NCBI GenBank assembly: GCA_965369995.1
Contig: CBDURO010000007.1
Location: 860 to 64,859 of the forward strand
Source of the DNA: an uncultured bacterium
GTDB taxonomy: Bacteria > Fidelibacterota > Marinisomatia > Marinisomatales > JAHJCW01
DNA: 64,000 nt
Reading direction: 5' to 3'
Shown: positions 19,887 through 31,058 of the stretch, piece by piece
Numbering within the stretch: the stretch's first letter is position 1
How the letters are laid out: each line of letters opens with the position of its first letter
Position numbers and translations under genes: made by a program
The notes under the pieces: model-generated
Database searches by the model: none
Told to the model about the DNA's origin: nothing
The model's input: only the letters and a program-made list of their open reading frames with translations

Positions 19887-20378
19887 TTATCTTGTTGTTT
19901 TATCTTTAAGAGATAACGTCAAAACAAATTCCGCCACCGGTTCATTTCCCGATATTTCAGGAACAGTGGCGGTTATTTTTAAGGGCATATTTACTCGCTC
20001 TCCGGTTTTAATAGTTTCGGTTATTAAATTTTCAATTGCTTTTCCATCATTGCAAGTAAAATAAGTATCTCCTTCAGGGCGTTTTAAAAATTCTGCCTTG
20101 AAATCTTTAAATACTAGCGAAATATTACGTCCACTTTTACGTATTAAATCCATAGCCAATACGCCACCTGCAATATCTGCACCCACTGCTAAAGCACCAA
20201 AATACATAGATTTAAGATGATTTTTATTCCTTCGTTTAAAAGGGATTTTTATAACTGTCGTTTCTTCGGTTAACTTTATAACCGAAGGACGACAATAAAA
20301 TATTAATGGAACTTTGCTTAATCCAAAATATCTTATAAACCAAGTCGCTTTGATTTTTTCATTAATTAATTTTTTCAT
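19887..20378 (-). CDS. Hotdog-fold thioesterase-like protein (DUF4442/PaaI-like)
   Basis: 'NKNHLKSMYFGAL…AD' and 'FKDFKAEFLKR' motifs. Confidence 0.75.
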   Translation of the reverse strand: MKKLINEKIKATWFIRYFGLSKVPLIFYCRPSVIKLTEETTVIKIPFKRRNKNHLKSMYFGALAVGADIAGGVLAMDLIRKSGRNISLVFKDFKAEFLKRPEGDTYFTCNDGKAIENLITETIKTGERVNMPLKITATVPEISGNEPVAEFVLTLSLKDKTTR

Positions 20379-21018
20379 TTTTTATAAACCAATCCTTGAA
20401 TTCAAATAAATTATGAAATACCATCACACCATTTCCATTTAAGCGCTGATAGCTAGTGTGACCTTGGGCAATCAATACACAATCTGCACCTATTTTCTTC
20501 GCAACATCTAAATCGTGTAATGTGTCTCCAATGAACAACACTTCATCAGAATCTAATTGCAATTCTTCCACCCAAGCTTGCCCAATGTGTAATTTACTAT
20601 CAGCATAGTGATTATCGATACCCAATATTTTGACAAAGTATTTATTTAATTTATAATAATCAATTAACTCATCAAGCATTTGCTGTTCAGCTGCTGAAAG
20701 TAAAGACTGGGATATGCTTGTTTCATGAAGATAATTTAAAGACTCGCGCGCTCCTTCTTGTAATTGAGCATCATACATTCGATCAGTATATTCTTTTATA
20801 AATTCAGTGCCGACAACACTGAAAGGAGTTTTATCAAAATCGAATCCTAATTTTTTATAATATTCAATCACCGGAAAAGTAAATATTTCAAGATATTTTT
20901 CTATAGTTATAGATGGCAGATTGTATTTCTCCAATAAAATATTTATTGCTTTGATTGATAGCCAATTATCATTCAGCAACGTACCGTTCCAATCCCAAAT
21001 AATGTGCTTAATCTTCAT
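20362..21018 (-). CDS. HAD-family hydrolase
   Basis: WDWNGTL motif I, 'IGDTLHD' motif IV. Confidence 0.88.
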   Translation of the reverse strand: MKIKHIIWDWNGTLLNDNWLSIKAINILLEKYNLPSITIEKYLEIFTFPVIEYYKKLGFDFDKTPFSVVGTEFIKEYTDRMYDAQLQEGARESLNYLHETSISQSLLSAAEQQMLDELIDYYKLNKYFVKILGIDNHYADSKLHIGQAWVEELQLDSDEVLFIGDTLHDLDVAKKIGADCVLIAQGHTSYQRLNGNGVMVFHNLFEFKDWFIKNEKIN

Positions 21019-21085
21019 ATATAGATGGTTATCCTGATTTTAATATATAATATTTAATAATTTTAACTATAATGATATTACAAAT

Positions 21086-21715
21086 ATGATTGACATTGAA
21101 ACACTAATAGAAAAACTGAAAATCAGCTGCCAAGAAAATTTGCCCGGTGAGGCAGCTCAAAACATGATGTTAGCAAAACCGCGAGTGAATATTTCTTTTC
21201 CAAATATAGCGGAACAGGCTATTCCATCAGCAGTATTGATATTATTATATCCTTATAAAGATAATATTTATTTTATTCTTACAGAGCGTACTAATGAAGT
21301 ACAATATCACAAAGGGCAAATTTCATTGCCGGGTGGTTCATGGGAAAACGGTGAACACTTACATGAAACAGCCCTAAGAGAAACGGAAGAAGAAATTGGT
21401 ATTCCCGCAGAAAAAACCAAAATTATCTGTGAACTTACTCCACTATTTGTAAAAGTAACAGGTTATATGATTCACCCCTATGTGGGATATGTAACAAAAA
21501 AACCAAATATTGTACCTCATCCCAATGAGGTGAATAAAGTGTTCACTGTATCCATTTCAGAATTAATGGATCCCGTCAATCGACTTACAGAATTATGGAC
21601 CATCAGGAAAATTCCAGTTGACGTTCCTTTATTTAAATTTGGCAAATACAAGGTATGGGGCGCTACTGCAATGATACTTGCTGAATTTCGGCATTGTTTA
21701 AAGACAATAATATGA
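21086..21715 (+). CDS. Nudix hydrolase (CoA pyrophosphatase-like)
   Basis: 'HKGQISLPGG…TALRETEEEIG' and 'VWGATAMIL'. Confidence 0.9.
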   Translation: MIDIETLIEKLKISCQENLPGEAAQNMMLAKPRVNISFPNIAEQAIPSAVLILLYPYKDNIYFILTERTNEVQYHKGQISLPGGSWENGEHLHETALRETEEEIGIPAEKTKIICELTPLFVKVTGYMIHPYVGYVTKKPNIVPHPNEVNKVFTVSISELMDPVNRLTELWTIRKIPVDVPLFKFGKYKVWGATAMILAEFRHCLKTII

Positions 21716-22599
21716 ACCGCATTGGCATAGATCTAGGTGGTACAAAAATCGAAGGAATACTACTTGATGAATCCGGAAATATATTAGACCGGAAACGAAT
21801 TCCCACTAATAGAGACAATGGTTATGAATATATAGTTGATGCAATAGTAAATCTAATTACAGATTTACAAGTAATATCTAAAACATATGCTAAAGTTGGT
21901 ATTTGTACGCCGGGTACGATCTCTCCTAATACCGGAAAAATAAAAAATAGTAATACAGTTTGTTTAATCGGGAAACCATTTAAAGAAGATATCGAATCTA
22001 AAATTAATTGTAAAATCAAGATGGACAATGACGCAAATTGTTTTGCAATCGCTGAAGCTGTGTTAGGTGCTGCAAAAGAGTATAATGTTGTATTTGGGGT
22101 GATTATCGGCACCGGCGTTGGCGGAGGCATTATTATAAATAGGAAAGTTCATCATGGACGAATGTCCATTGCCGGTGAATGGGGTCATCATACTTTATAT
22201 CCTGGCGGTAATCCATGCTATTGTGGTAGAAAGGGATGTGTGGAAACTTACATCAGTGGACCGTCCTTGGAAAAACGTTGGACAGAATTAATAGGCAAAA
22301 CCCAATCCCTACGAGATATCATCGCTACAGCGGAGCGGCTATCGAAAGATAAAGTAAAATTATATTTAAAATGGAAACAAGAATTGATTCGTAATTTTGG
22401 AATAGCATTGACAAATGTAATTGATATTTTAGATCCCGACGCAATTGTATTGGGCGGTGGTGTATCTAATATTCCTTTCTTATATGATGAAGGGATTAAA
22501 TCTGTATATAAAAATGTCTTCAGTGATGAAGTTGATACACCAATCTTAAAGAATAAATTAGGTGATTCAGCGGGCGTTTTTGGTGCTGCACATTTATAA
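21712..22599 (+). CDS. ROK-family sugar kinase
   Basis: IGIDLGGTKIE, DNDANCF, GTGVGGG, GEWGH…CYCG..GC; ATG 21712 overlaps the upstream TGA. Confidence 0.9.
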   Translation: MNRIGIDLGGTKIEGILLDESGNILDRKRIPTNRDNGYEYIVDAIVNLITDLQVISKTYAKVGICTPGTISPNTGKIKNSNTVCLIGKPFKEDIESKINCKIKMDNDANCFAIAEAVLGAAKEYNVVFGVIIGTGVGGGIIINRKVHHGRMSIAGEWGHHTLYPGGNPCYCGRKGCVETYISGPSLEKRWTELIGKTQSLRDIIATAERLSKDKVKLYLKWKQELIRNFGIALTNVIDILDPDAIVLGGGVSNIPFLYDEGIKSVYKNVFSDEVDTPILKNKLGDSAGVFGAAHL

Positions 22600-22611
22600 A
22601 AAGGAGAAATT

Positions 22612-22875
22612 ATGGAATTTGGTCATTGGTTGAATTCATTAGGTTTTATTGAATTTTTAGCTTTATTTATAATTTTTGGGATGTCCGCTTATTTAGCAAA
22701 TTTGAGTTTTTTAATTTTTAACAACTGGTACACCAATAAACAAAAAGACAATCCATTCGCGGAAGAAATACGAAAAAGCCCATTTTTATTTGTAGGAATA
22801 ACTATCCCGTTTATTTTGATTTTGTATAGTATTCTATACCACCATTTACATACTTTATTATCCAAAATATTCTAA
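22612..22875 (+). CDS. Small membrane protein
   Basis: AAGGAG RBS; two hydrophobic segments. Confidence 0.6.
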   Translation: MEFGHWLNSLGFIEFLALFIIFGMSAYLANLSFLIFNNWYTNKQKDNPFAEEIRKSPFLFVGITIPFILILYSILYHHLHTLLSKIF

Positions 22876-22901
22876 AATAGTACTCAGATTTTCTTAAATA
22901 T

Positions 22902-22933
22902 AAATAGCAGGACAACCTTTCCCTGCTATTTTT
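22902..22933 (+). terminator. Probable intrinsic terminator
   Basis: AAATAGCAGG…CCTGCTATTT inverted repeat followed by Ts. Confidence 0.55.
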
Positions 22934-22974
22934 GTCAAAACTAGTATATTTTAATTAACAAATTGGATATAGCT

Positions 22975-25632
22975 ATGAAAAAATATATTAGACCAACAAT
23001 TATATCAAGTTTGATATATGTTTTGTTACTAAGCATTTCTTATGGAACTACTTCAACAAAAACGATTGAAGTGAAAAAAATAAACGGTGAAAAAATTTAT
23101 CTCGATGGTAAAGTAGATGAATCAGCCTGGATATTTACAGATAATTCTTCTGATTTTACACAACGCGATCCTATTGAGGGCGAACCAGCAACCGAGTCAA
23201 CATCATTTTCAATATTATACGATAATGAAAATTTATATATAGCTATTAAAGCATTGACGAATGATAATTCCACCATCAAGGGAATTCTAAGCAGGAGAGA
23301 TGAAAATCCACCAAGTGACTGGGTATTTGTTTCAATTGATAGTTATAATGATAATAGAACAGCCTTCGAATTTGGATTAAATCCCGTTGGAGTTAAAAGA
23401 GATTTAAGAAGGTTTGATGACACAAACAGGGACGTGAACTGGGATGCGAACTGGGAAGGTAAAACATCAATTAATAAAGATGGATGGTATGCTGAGTTTA
23501 AAATACCGTTTAGAGAATTACGTTTTGACAGTGAAGACAGTAAAGTTTGGGGTATCCAAATTTATCGCTACATAGCGGAAAAAAATGAAGAAGACTATTG
23601 GGCTTTTTGGCCCAAAAATGAAAGTGGATATGTTCAGCACTATGGAGATTTAACTGGTCTTTCAGATATTTCTAAACAGAGAAGAGTATATTTAATGCCT
23701 TATGTTACTGGATCATACACAAAAGCTGACTTCTTAACAAATCCTGTTCATCCAAATTCGTTCAATTACGGTAATAGTATAGGTTTAGATGCAAAAATAG
23801 GAATAACTAATAATTTAACATTTGACCTTACATTAAATCCTGATTTCGGACAAGTAGAAGCTGACCCGGCTGAATTGAATTTATCGGCTTTTGAATCATA
23901 TTTTAGGGAAAAACGTCCGTTCTTTGTTGAAGGAGGTAATATTTTCAATTTCAGTCTTGGAATAGGGGACGGAGACCAGTCAAGTAATAGTTTATTTTAC
24001 ACAAGACGTATAGGTAGGGCACCGCATCATTATGCTTCGGATGATGACGGATATGAAACAAATCCAGCCGCAACAAGAATCTTGTCAGCCGGAAAAATTA
24101 GCGGCAAGATCAGTTCAGGTTGGTCAATTGGAGTTTTAGATGCAATAACAGCCAAAGAAACAGGCTCTGTTAAATTTGAAGACGGTATTCCAACAATCAA
24201 AGAAACTGTTGAACCTCTTACCAATTATTTTGTATCTCGAGTTCAAAAAGACCTGAGGGAAGGTAAAACAACCATTGGTGGAATCTTTACAGCCGTCAAT
24301 AGAAATATCGAGGATGAACATTTAGATTTCTTGCATGCTAAAGCATATATTGGTGGAATTGATTTTGATCATTACCTTTTTGATAATAAATATGAGATAG
24401 AAGGAGCCTTTGCTTTAACAGATGTTTATGGATCACAAGAAGCATTACTAGAAACACAGACCAGTTCTAGACATTATTTTCAACGCCCCGGCACAGACCA
24501 TTTAAAAATTGATTCTACTGCAACTAATCTGAGAGGATTTGCTCACAAATTTGCGTTTTCCAAAATCAGAGGAGAACATTGGCGTTGGGCTTTTGGTGAA
24601 TGGGCTTTCTCACCCGGTTTTGAGGCAAATGATTTAGGTTTTCATAGACAAACTGACTCTCAGATTCAATTCTTGTGGGCACAATATCGTCAAGATGATC
24701 CCGGGAAATATATCCGAAGACATAGTACTAATTATAATATTTGGAACGGTTCGACATTTGGAAATGAAACTATTGGTCAAGGCGGTAATGTAAACGGCAA
24801 TTTAACGTTCATGAATTACTGGGCCATTGGTGGTGGTATCGGATTTAATTTGCCCGGTTATCATACCACTGCAACATGGGGTGGTCCTGCTGTTAAAACC
24901 GATTCAAGAATAAACTTGTGGAGTTTTATAGCAAGTGATAAGCGTAAACCAATTAATATTGAACTATTTGGTTTTCGCGGTGAAAACGGAAGCGGTTCTC
25001 ACTGGTTTGGATTTGAACCAAATATTAACTGGAGACCAACTGAAAACTTTTCCCTAAGGGCTAATCTAGGATTTAATCAAATGCATGACTCGTGGGCGTT
25101 TTGGTCAGATTATGAAGCGTTGGAAGATCTACAAACAGAACAATTTGACTATCTAATGGTTGAAATGGATCAAAAGACAGTTTCCGCAACAATAAGACTG
25201 GATCTAACACTGACACCCAATTTGTCAATTCAATATTATGGTTCACCTTTTATAACCGCTGGGAAATATAAAAATTTCAAAAAGTTGATTGATCCCGATG
25301 GTGATGAATTCTCTGATAGGTTTCTTGATTATGAACAATCAGCACAAAACTATAACGAAGAAAACGAGATTTGGGAAATTGACTACGACCATGATGGTGT
25401 CACAAACTATGAGATATCAAATTTAGATTTCAACTATAAACAATTCAATTCAAATCTTGTAATAAGATGGGAATACAAAACAGGCTCAACACTCTATTTA
25501 GTATGGAGTCAAGGAATCTCGGATTCTATTGAAAATGGTACTTTTAATTATTCAAAGGATCTAAAAAACCTATTTAAATCTGATATAGAAAACGTTGTAT
25601 TATTAAAATTTAGTTATTTACTAAATATTTAA
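22975..25632 (+). CDS. CBM9-like/DUF5916 outer-membrane protein, paralog 1
   Basis: 'LDGKVDESAW…YDNENLYIA', 'NPDFGQVEAD…EKRPFFVEG', 'FYTRRIG'; likely ATG 22975. Confidence 0.82.
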   Translation: MKKYIRPTIISSLIYVLLLSISYGTTSTKTIEVKKINGEKIYLDGKVDESAWIFTDNSSDFTQRDPIEGEPATESTSFSILYDNENLYIAIKALTNDNSTIKGILSRRDENPPSDWVFVSIDSYNDNRTAFEFGLNPVGVKRDLRRFDDTNRDVNWDANWEGKTSINKDGWYAEFKIPFRELRFDSEDSKVWGIQIYRYIAEKNEEDYWAFWPKNESGYVQHYGDLTGLSDISKQRRVYLMPYVTGSYTKADFLTNPVHPNSFNYGNSIGLDAKIGITNNLTFDLTLNPDFGQVEADPAELNLSAFESYFREKRPFFVEGGNIFNFSLGIGDGDQSSNSLFYTRRIGRAPHHYASDDDGYETNPAATRILSAGKISGKISSGWSIGVLDAITAKETGSVKFEDGIPTIKETVEPLTNYFVSRVQKDLREGKTTIGGIFTAVNRNIEDEHLDFLHAKAYIGGIDFDHYLFDNKYEIEGAFALTDVYGSQEALLETQTSSRHYFQRPGTDHLKIDSTATNLRGFAHKFAFSKIRGEHWRWAFGEWAFSPGFEANDLGFHRQTDSQIQFLWAQYRQDDPGKYIRRHSTNYNIWNGSTFGNETIGQGGNVNGNLTFMNYWAIGGGIGFNLPGYHTTATWGGPAVKTDSRINLWSFIASDKRKPINIELFGFRGENGSGSHWFGFEPNINWRPTENFSLRANLGFNQMHDSWAFWSDYEALEDLQTEQFDYLMVEMDQKTVSATIRLDLTLTPNLSIQYYGSPFITAGKYKNFKKLIDPDGDEFSDRFLDYEQSAQNYNEENEIWEIDYDHDGVTNYEISNLDFNYKQFNSNLVIRWEYKTGSTLYLVWSQGISDSIENGTFNYSKDLKNLFKSDIENVVLLKFSYLLNI

Positions 25633-25672
25633 TATATTTAACGTATAAATCAGCTAATAATAGGAGATTAGT

Positions 25673-28321
25673 TTGAGAAATCTTTTATTCACCGTATTAA
25701 TGCTGGGATTGGTACATGCTCAATCTGAAATATTTAATCCGGAAGATTATAGAATCAGAGAAGTAATAGCAATCAGATTAGAACAACCATTAAATATTGA
25801 TGGCATTTTAGATGAATCACTCTATTCTACTACTGCTAATGATCATTTAGTCCAATTTCAACCCAATAATGGTGTTTTATGCAGTGAAGATACCGAATTT
25901 TGGGTGGGATATGACGACAATGCACTATATATTGGAGCAATGATGTATGACAGTAGTCCTGACTCTATTGTGGCAAGAATGAGTAGACGTGATGGGGGAG
26001 AATCCTCTGATTTTATTGCTGTAGCCATTGATTCATATTACGATAAACGATCAGGATTTTGGTTTAGTATTAATCCTGTTGGTTCAATTATGGATGGAAC
26101 AACATCTAACGACAGTAATAATGATGATGCTTGGGATGGTATTTGGGATGGTCAGAGTAAGATTATTGATAATGGCTGGGTCACTGAAATCAAAATACCT
26201 TTTTCACAGCTAAGATTTAATAAAGCCGATGAAAATATAATGGGTATTAGTTTTATAAGGCTAATTCATCGTAGAGAAGAAATAAATTTTTTTACTCATA
26301 GAACACTAGATGAATCTGGTATTGTATCTCGTTTTGCAATGTTAAGAGGAATAAAGAATATACAACCTTCAAAGCGATTAGAAATGACTCCATATATCAC
26401 CGGGAATTATGGTATTTTGAGGACCGAGGATGAAAATCCTTTTTATAATGGTAAAGATTCTGATATAAATATTGGAACTGACTTAAAGATGGGAATTGGT
26501 AACAATCTTACAATTGATGCAACTATAAATCCGGATTTCGGTCAGGTGGAAGTAGATCCATCGGTAATTAATCTTTCGGCATTTGAAACATATTATCAAG
26601 AGAAAAGACCCTTTTTCATTGAAGGTGCCGGTATTTTCAGATTTGGAGTTGGTGGTCCCACAAATCGTATGAACTTTGGAACGATGGAACCTACGTTCTT
26701 TTACAGTAGACGAATCGGTAGATACCCGCAAGGTGAAGTAGATGGAGATTGGGTTAAAATACCTTCGGCTACTTCTATACTTGGAGCCACAAAAATTAGC
26801 GGGAAAATAACTGATACTTGGGCAATAGGTGGCATTTCTGCTATCACGCGTAGAGAATTTGCAAATGTAAGAATTGATAATGAGAATTCCGAAGTTGCGG
26901 TGGAGCCATTTACTTCATATAATTTATTTAGAACATTAAAAGAATTTAATCAAGGACGACAGGGGCTGGGATTAGTAACCACTTATGTTAATCGACAGTT
27001 TGATGATAAATCTCTAAGGAATTTACTATCTGATAACAGCACCGTAATAGGAATAGACGGATGGACTTTCCTTAACCACGCAAAAGATTGGGTAATTGGC
27101 GGTTGGCTGGGATATTCAAATATTAAAGGCAGCACAGATTATATATATGACCTACAGCAAAGTCCTGCGCGTTACTATCAACGTCCCGATGCAGACCACG
27201 TCGATTTAGACTCTGAACGAACTAGTCTTGCAGGTTTTGCAGGGAAAGCTTCTATAAATAAAGAAACAGGTAAATGGAATTTTAACTCTGCAATTCAATT
27301 TGTATCACCGGGATTTGAAAACAATGATATGGGCTTGAACTTCAGTGCTGATAAAATTAATAAGCACATTTCATTTGGATATAAATGGCTTGAACCAGGA
27401 AAAGTGTTCCAAACGGCATCCCTGAATACCGCATATATGACCAACCATAATTTTGCCGGTGACAAACTTAGTGAAATGTTATTTCTAATGGGTTTTGCAA
27501 GATTTAATAACTTTTGGATGGTTAATTCAATTATTGGAATTGGACCAAGAACACTTAGCGACCAAGCATTGAGAGGCGGACCAATGGTGATATCGCCGGC
27601 AGAAATATGGTCAAGAGTTTTTGTTAGAACAGATTCAAGGAAACCAATTATATATGAATTGGGTGGTAATTACGAACAATCTGAAAAAGGTAGTTATTCA
27701 TTACATATATCACCTGAAATAGAAATGAACCTTGGGACAAGATTACGGTTAGAATTTGAACCCGGCTTTAGTAAGCAAATCCAGATTGCTCAGTACATTG
27801 ATTCTTTTGATGACGAGACCGCGGTAGATATGTTTGGGCGCCGTCATATTGTTGCTCAACTAGATAGAAAAACAGTATCCGCTGAACTGAGAATTGATTA
27901 CACTTTTACTCCAAAGCTATCGTTTCAAGCATACTTTCAACCATATATGACCATGGGATCATATTCACATTTCAAAGAATTTGAGAGACCCGAGTCATAT
28001 GATTTTGTCGAATATGGAAAAGATGAAAACATGCAAATTACCAAAGATGGTGACGATGGTTATTATTTGTATCCAAATGGTAGCGATGGGAATTCGATAT
28101 ATCTTGAAAATCCTGATTTTAACTATAAAGCATTAGTCGGCACCGCAGTACTGCGCTGGGAGTTCCGCCCCGGATCAACACTTTATTTAGTATGGACTAG
28201 AAATGGTGTTGACGAAAAAAATCCAGGTGATTTTTCTCTTAATCGTGATTTGAGCGATTTATTGAAAGCTAAAAGCGATAACGTATTCACTATTAAGATA
28301 ACATACTGGTTCGGAAAATAA
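25673..28321 (+). CDS. CBM9-like/DUF5916 outer-membrane protein, paralog 2
   Basis: Same motifs (NPDFGQVEVD, EKRPFFIEG, FYSRRIG, LRWEFRPGSTLYLVW); TTG start after AGGAG. Confidence 0.82.
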   Translation: MRNLLFTVLMLGLVHAQSEIFNPEDYRIREVIAIRLEQPLNIDGILDESLYSTTANDHLVQFQPNNGVLCSEDTEFWVGYDDNALYIGAMMYDSSPDSIVARMSRRDGGESSDFIAVAIDSYYDKRSGFWFSINPVGSIMDGTTSNDSNNDDAWDGIWDGQSKIIDNGWVTEIKIPFSQLRFNKADENIMGISFIRLIHRREEINFFTHRTLDESGIVSRFAMLRGIKNIQPSKRLEMTPYITGNYGILRTEDENPFYNGKDSDINIGTDLKMGIGNNLTIDATINPDFGQVEVDPSVINLSAFETYYQEKRPFFIEGAGIFRFGVGGPTNRMNFGTMEPTFFYSRRIGRYPQGEVDGDWVKIPSATSILGATKISGKITDTWAIGGISAITRREFANVRIDNENSEVAVEPFTSYNLFRTLKEFNQGRQGLGLVTTYVNRQFDDKSLRNLLSDNSTVIGIDGWTFLNHAKDWVIGGWLGYSNIKGSTDYIYDLQQSPARYYQRPDADHVDLDSERTSLAGFAGKASINKETGKWNFNSAIQFVSPGFENNDMGLNFSADKINKHISFGYKWLEPGKVFQTASLNTAYMTNHNFAGDKLSEMLFLMGFARFNNFWMVNSIIGIGPRTLSDQALRGGPMVISPAEIWSRVFVRTDSRKPIIYELGGNYEQSEKGSYSLHISPEIEMNLGTRLRLEFEPGFSKQIQIAQYIDSFDDETAVDMFGRRHIVAQLDRKTVSAELRIDYTFTPKLSFQAYFQPYMTMGSYSHFKEFERPESYDFVEYGKDENMQITKDGDDGYYLYPNGSDGNSIYLENPDFNYKALVGTAVLRWEFRPGSTLYLVWTRNGVDEKNPGDFSLNRDLSDLLKAKSDNVFTIKITYWFGK

Positions 28322-29269
28322 TTATAGCAGCTTTAGATAAGTTAAAATCATCAATCCGATTGGAATAGTAATTGATGACGCAAGTGTAGTTGTTAATACT
28401 ATATTACCTGCAATTTCGCCATGCGGAGTCATCGCATCTGCTATAATAAAACTAACAATAGCGGTTGGACAGGCAAATATAATAAAAATTATTCCCAAGT
28501 CTGTTCCTGTATAACCGATTAAATAGCCGATTGTAGTAGCAATTAATGGTGAAACTAATAATTTCATAATTAATGCTCCTAAAGTGATAAATGATGTATT
28601 TTGCAAAAGCTTTATCTTTAATGTTCCACCCAAACCTATTAATGCTAATGGAAGAGTGATGGCGGCCAAATAGTCACCAGTATTAATCAATATTTTTGGT
28701 ATCGGAATTGTCATTAAGGAGAAAACAATTGCTACTATTGCTGAAATAATTACAGGATTCAATGCAATTGATTTAATCATATCTAGTATCGCTTTACTTC
28801 GTTTCTCCTGTCGGTCAGAAATTGTTAAGGCAACAACAGACAACATATAGTCTAAAGGAATTAAAAATATTAATATCATTACTGTTCTGGATACAGCATC
28901 TTCACCAAAAATATTCATTATTAACGCTAAACCGATAATTACATTGTTCGGTCTAAATCCACCTTGTATAAAAACTCCTCTTCCTTTTCCTTTTGTAATA
29001 AAAATCTTTGCAAATAACCACCCAAGGAAGAATATAATAAACATGCATCCATAAACTAAAACGATAATACTACTATCAAATATTGCTATAAAATCCACGG
29101 TAGCTAATTTCAAGAAGATCAATACCGGCAGTGTAACATTAAATACAAATTTTATTGACTGCTTTATAAAATCTTCATGTATTATGCCAATCTTGCGCAG
29201 AACCCAACCTACAACTACAATTAAAAATATTGGGCTTACCGTATTTATAATAAATATTGAATTGGTCAT
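28322..29269 (-). CDS. AEC (auxin efflux carrier) family transporter
   Basis: About 10 TM helices; 'FVFNVTLPVLIF', 'LPLALIGLG', 'CPTAIVSF'. Confidence 0.85.
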   Translation of the reverse strand: MTNSIFIINTVSPIFLIVVVGWVLRKIGIIHEDFIKQSIKFVFNVTLPVLIFLKLATVDFIAIFDSSIIVLVYGCMFIIFFLGWLFAKIFITKGKGRGVFIQGGFRPNNVIIGLALIMNIFGEDAVSRTVMILIFLIPLDYMLSVVALTISDRQEKRSKAILDMIKSIALNPVIISAIVAIVFSLMTIPIPKILINTGDYLAAITLPLALIGLGGTLKIKLLQNTSFITLGALIMKLLVSPLIATTIGYLIGYTGTDLGIIFIIFACPTAIVSFIIADAMTPHGEIAGNIVLTTTLASSITIPIGLMILTYLKLL

Positions 29270-29283
29270 TGTGATATGGGCAA

Positions 29284-29586
29284 TTATTCCCTAATCGATT
29301 TGATCTTGTCTTTATAATATTTAAAAGTGAAAAATCGATTATACTTTTTTGCATATTCCATACCAGCCCATGCAATCCCAAGAATAAATGGTAACCAAGA
29401 TATTATATAGATAATCACCGACAATTTTCTGATAAAATCATTAGTAAAGTAAATAACAAAAATTGCTTGTGTTATTTTACCGACAACCAGACTTGAGATA
29501 ATTAGTGCAATACCAATATAGAATTTTTTTGAGAATTTACTTTTATCGGTGGTTAAAACTGTCTCTTGAGATTTAGTTTTACACAT
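29284..29586 (-). CDS. Hypothetical membrane protein
   Basis: Two TM segments; 100 aa. Confidence 0.55.
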   Translation of the reverse strand: MCKTKSQETVLTTDKSKFSKKFYIGIALIISSLVVGKITQAIFVIYFTNDFIRKLSVIIYIISWLPFILGIAWAGMEYAKKYNRFFTFKYYKDKIKSIRE

Positions 29587-29637
29587 AACGCAAAATAAAT
29601 AAAATATTTATGTAGAAATATATCTTAGAAAAGTGTA

Positions 29638-30489
29638 TTATTTTTTACCTCGTACTTTTTTACTTATTGCTTTCCACACTAATTTAGGTACTTTTTCCAA
29701 CTCATTAAACTCGCCGGCGCCTTTTAACCACTCGCCCCCGTCAATTGTAATAACGTCTCCATTTATATAACTTGCGCCATCACTAACTAAATATGACGCT
29801 AAATTGGCAAGTTCTATGTGCTCACCAAATCGCTTAAGCGGAATTCTATCTTTCATTTTTTTCTCAATCCCTAAGCCGGGCGGCGCTAATCGTTTCCACG
29901 CTCCTTTAGTTGGAAACGGACCGGGGGCAATTGCTACATGTCTAATGCCGTATTTAGCCCATTCCACAGCAAGCGATCTTGTTATTGCCAAGACTCCCGC
30001 TTTCGCCGCCGCCGATGGAACAACGTAACCTGAACCGGTCCAAGCATAAGTTGTAACTATATTCAATACTGTGCCCGCCTTAGCTTTGATCATTTCTTTG
30101 CCGACGGCTTGCGTGAAATTAAATGTACCGTTTAATACAATATCAACTATGACTTTAAACCCACCGGGTGATAATAATTCGGTTGGACTTATAAAATTTC
30201 CTGCCGCATTATTAATTAAAATATCAATCTTCTTAAATTTTTCGATTGTACGTTCAACCACGTTTTGTACTTCAATCGGTTTACGAACATCACATGCAAT
30301 TGGTAAAACTTGAGCTCCGGTTTCTCTAAGTTCTACTGCTGTGGCATCCAGTACATCCTGTTTTCTACTGGTAATTACTAAATTGGCCCCCAATTCTCCA
30401 AAACGCTGTGCCATGGATTTACCCAATCCTGTACCACCACCTGTTATGATAATAGTTTTATTATTTAATAAATCTTTTTGGAACATCAC
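29638..30489 (-). CDS. SDR oxidoreductase, 2,4-dienoyl-CoA reductase-like
   Basis: TGGGTGLG, NNAAGNF, SAAAKAGV, 'TIDGGEWL'. Confidence 0.88.
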   Translation of the reverse strand: MMFQKDLLNNKTIIITGGGTGLGKSMAQRFGELGANLVITSRKQDVLDATAVELRETGAQVLPIACDVRKPIEVQNVVERTIEKFKKIDILINNAAGNFISPTELLSPGGFKVIVDIVLNGTFNFTQAVGKEMIKAKAGTVLNIVTTYAWTGSGYVVPSAAAKAGVLAITRSLAVEWAKYGIRHVAIAPGPFPTKGAWKRLAPPGLGIEKKMKDRIPLKRFGEHIELANLASYLVSDGASYINGDVITIDGGEWLKGAGEFNELEKVPKLVWKAISKKVRGKK

Positions 30490-30641
30490 TTACCTTTTAA
30501 TTATATAATGAATCCTTTAATTTATTAACAAACTATTGAATTTAGGATAGTCAATAATGCTTTATCAGTGACTTGTGTTAAGTAGTCACTTCTAGTAAAT
30601 TTGTTAATAAATTAAAGGACTTATTATAAATAGGAAAAATT

Positions 30642-31058
30642 ATGAATGAACTAAATGAACAAAATCAAATTGTCTATGAATTAGATTCTGAAGGCTTTTT
30701 TATTTTAGATAAATTATCAAAATGGAATAAGATAATCGGAATATTATTTATTGTAATGGGAATAACTACCTTATTAACCATATTCGTTGATTATACAAAT
30801 CCCGCTTCTGTTTTAATATCGATTCTATTAAGCATTTTTATAGTCTATCTTGGTACGCGGTTAACATCAGCTGCATCACATTTTAAATATAGTTTATATC
30901 AAGAAGATTCTGAAAGTTTAAAAATTGGAATGAATAATCTCAGACAATATTTTATGATAACAGGAATATCTTATATCGTAATAATAATATTTATGATTAT
31001 TGCAATGATCGTGGGAGCATATTTTGGTTTTGACGTAGATGGTTTCCCTGAATATTAA
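30642..31058 (+). CDS. DUF5362-like membrane protein
   Basis: 'KW.KIIGIL' start and 'NLRQYFMITGI' end; three TM segments. Confidence 0.55.
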   Translation: MNELNEQNQIVYELDSEGFFILDKLSKWNKIIGILFIVMGITTLLTIFVDYTNPASVLISILLSIFIVYLGTRLTSAASHFKYSLYQEDSESLKIGMNNLRQYFMITGISYIVIIIFMIIAMIVGAYFGFDVDGFPEY

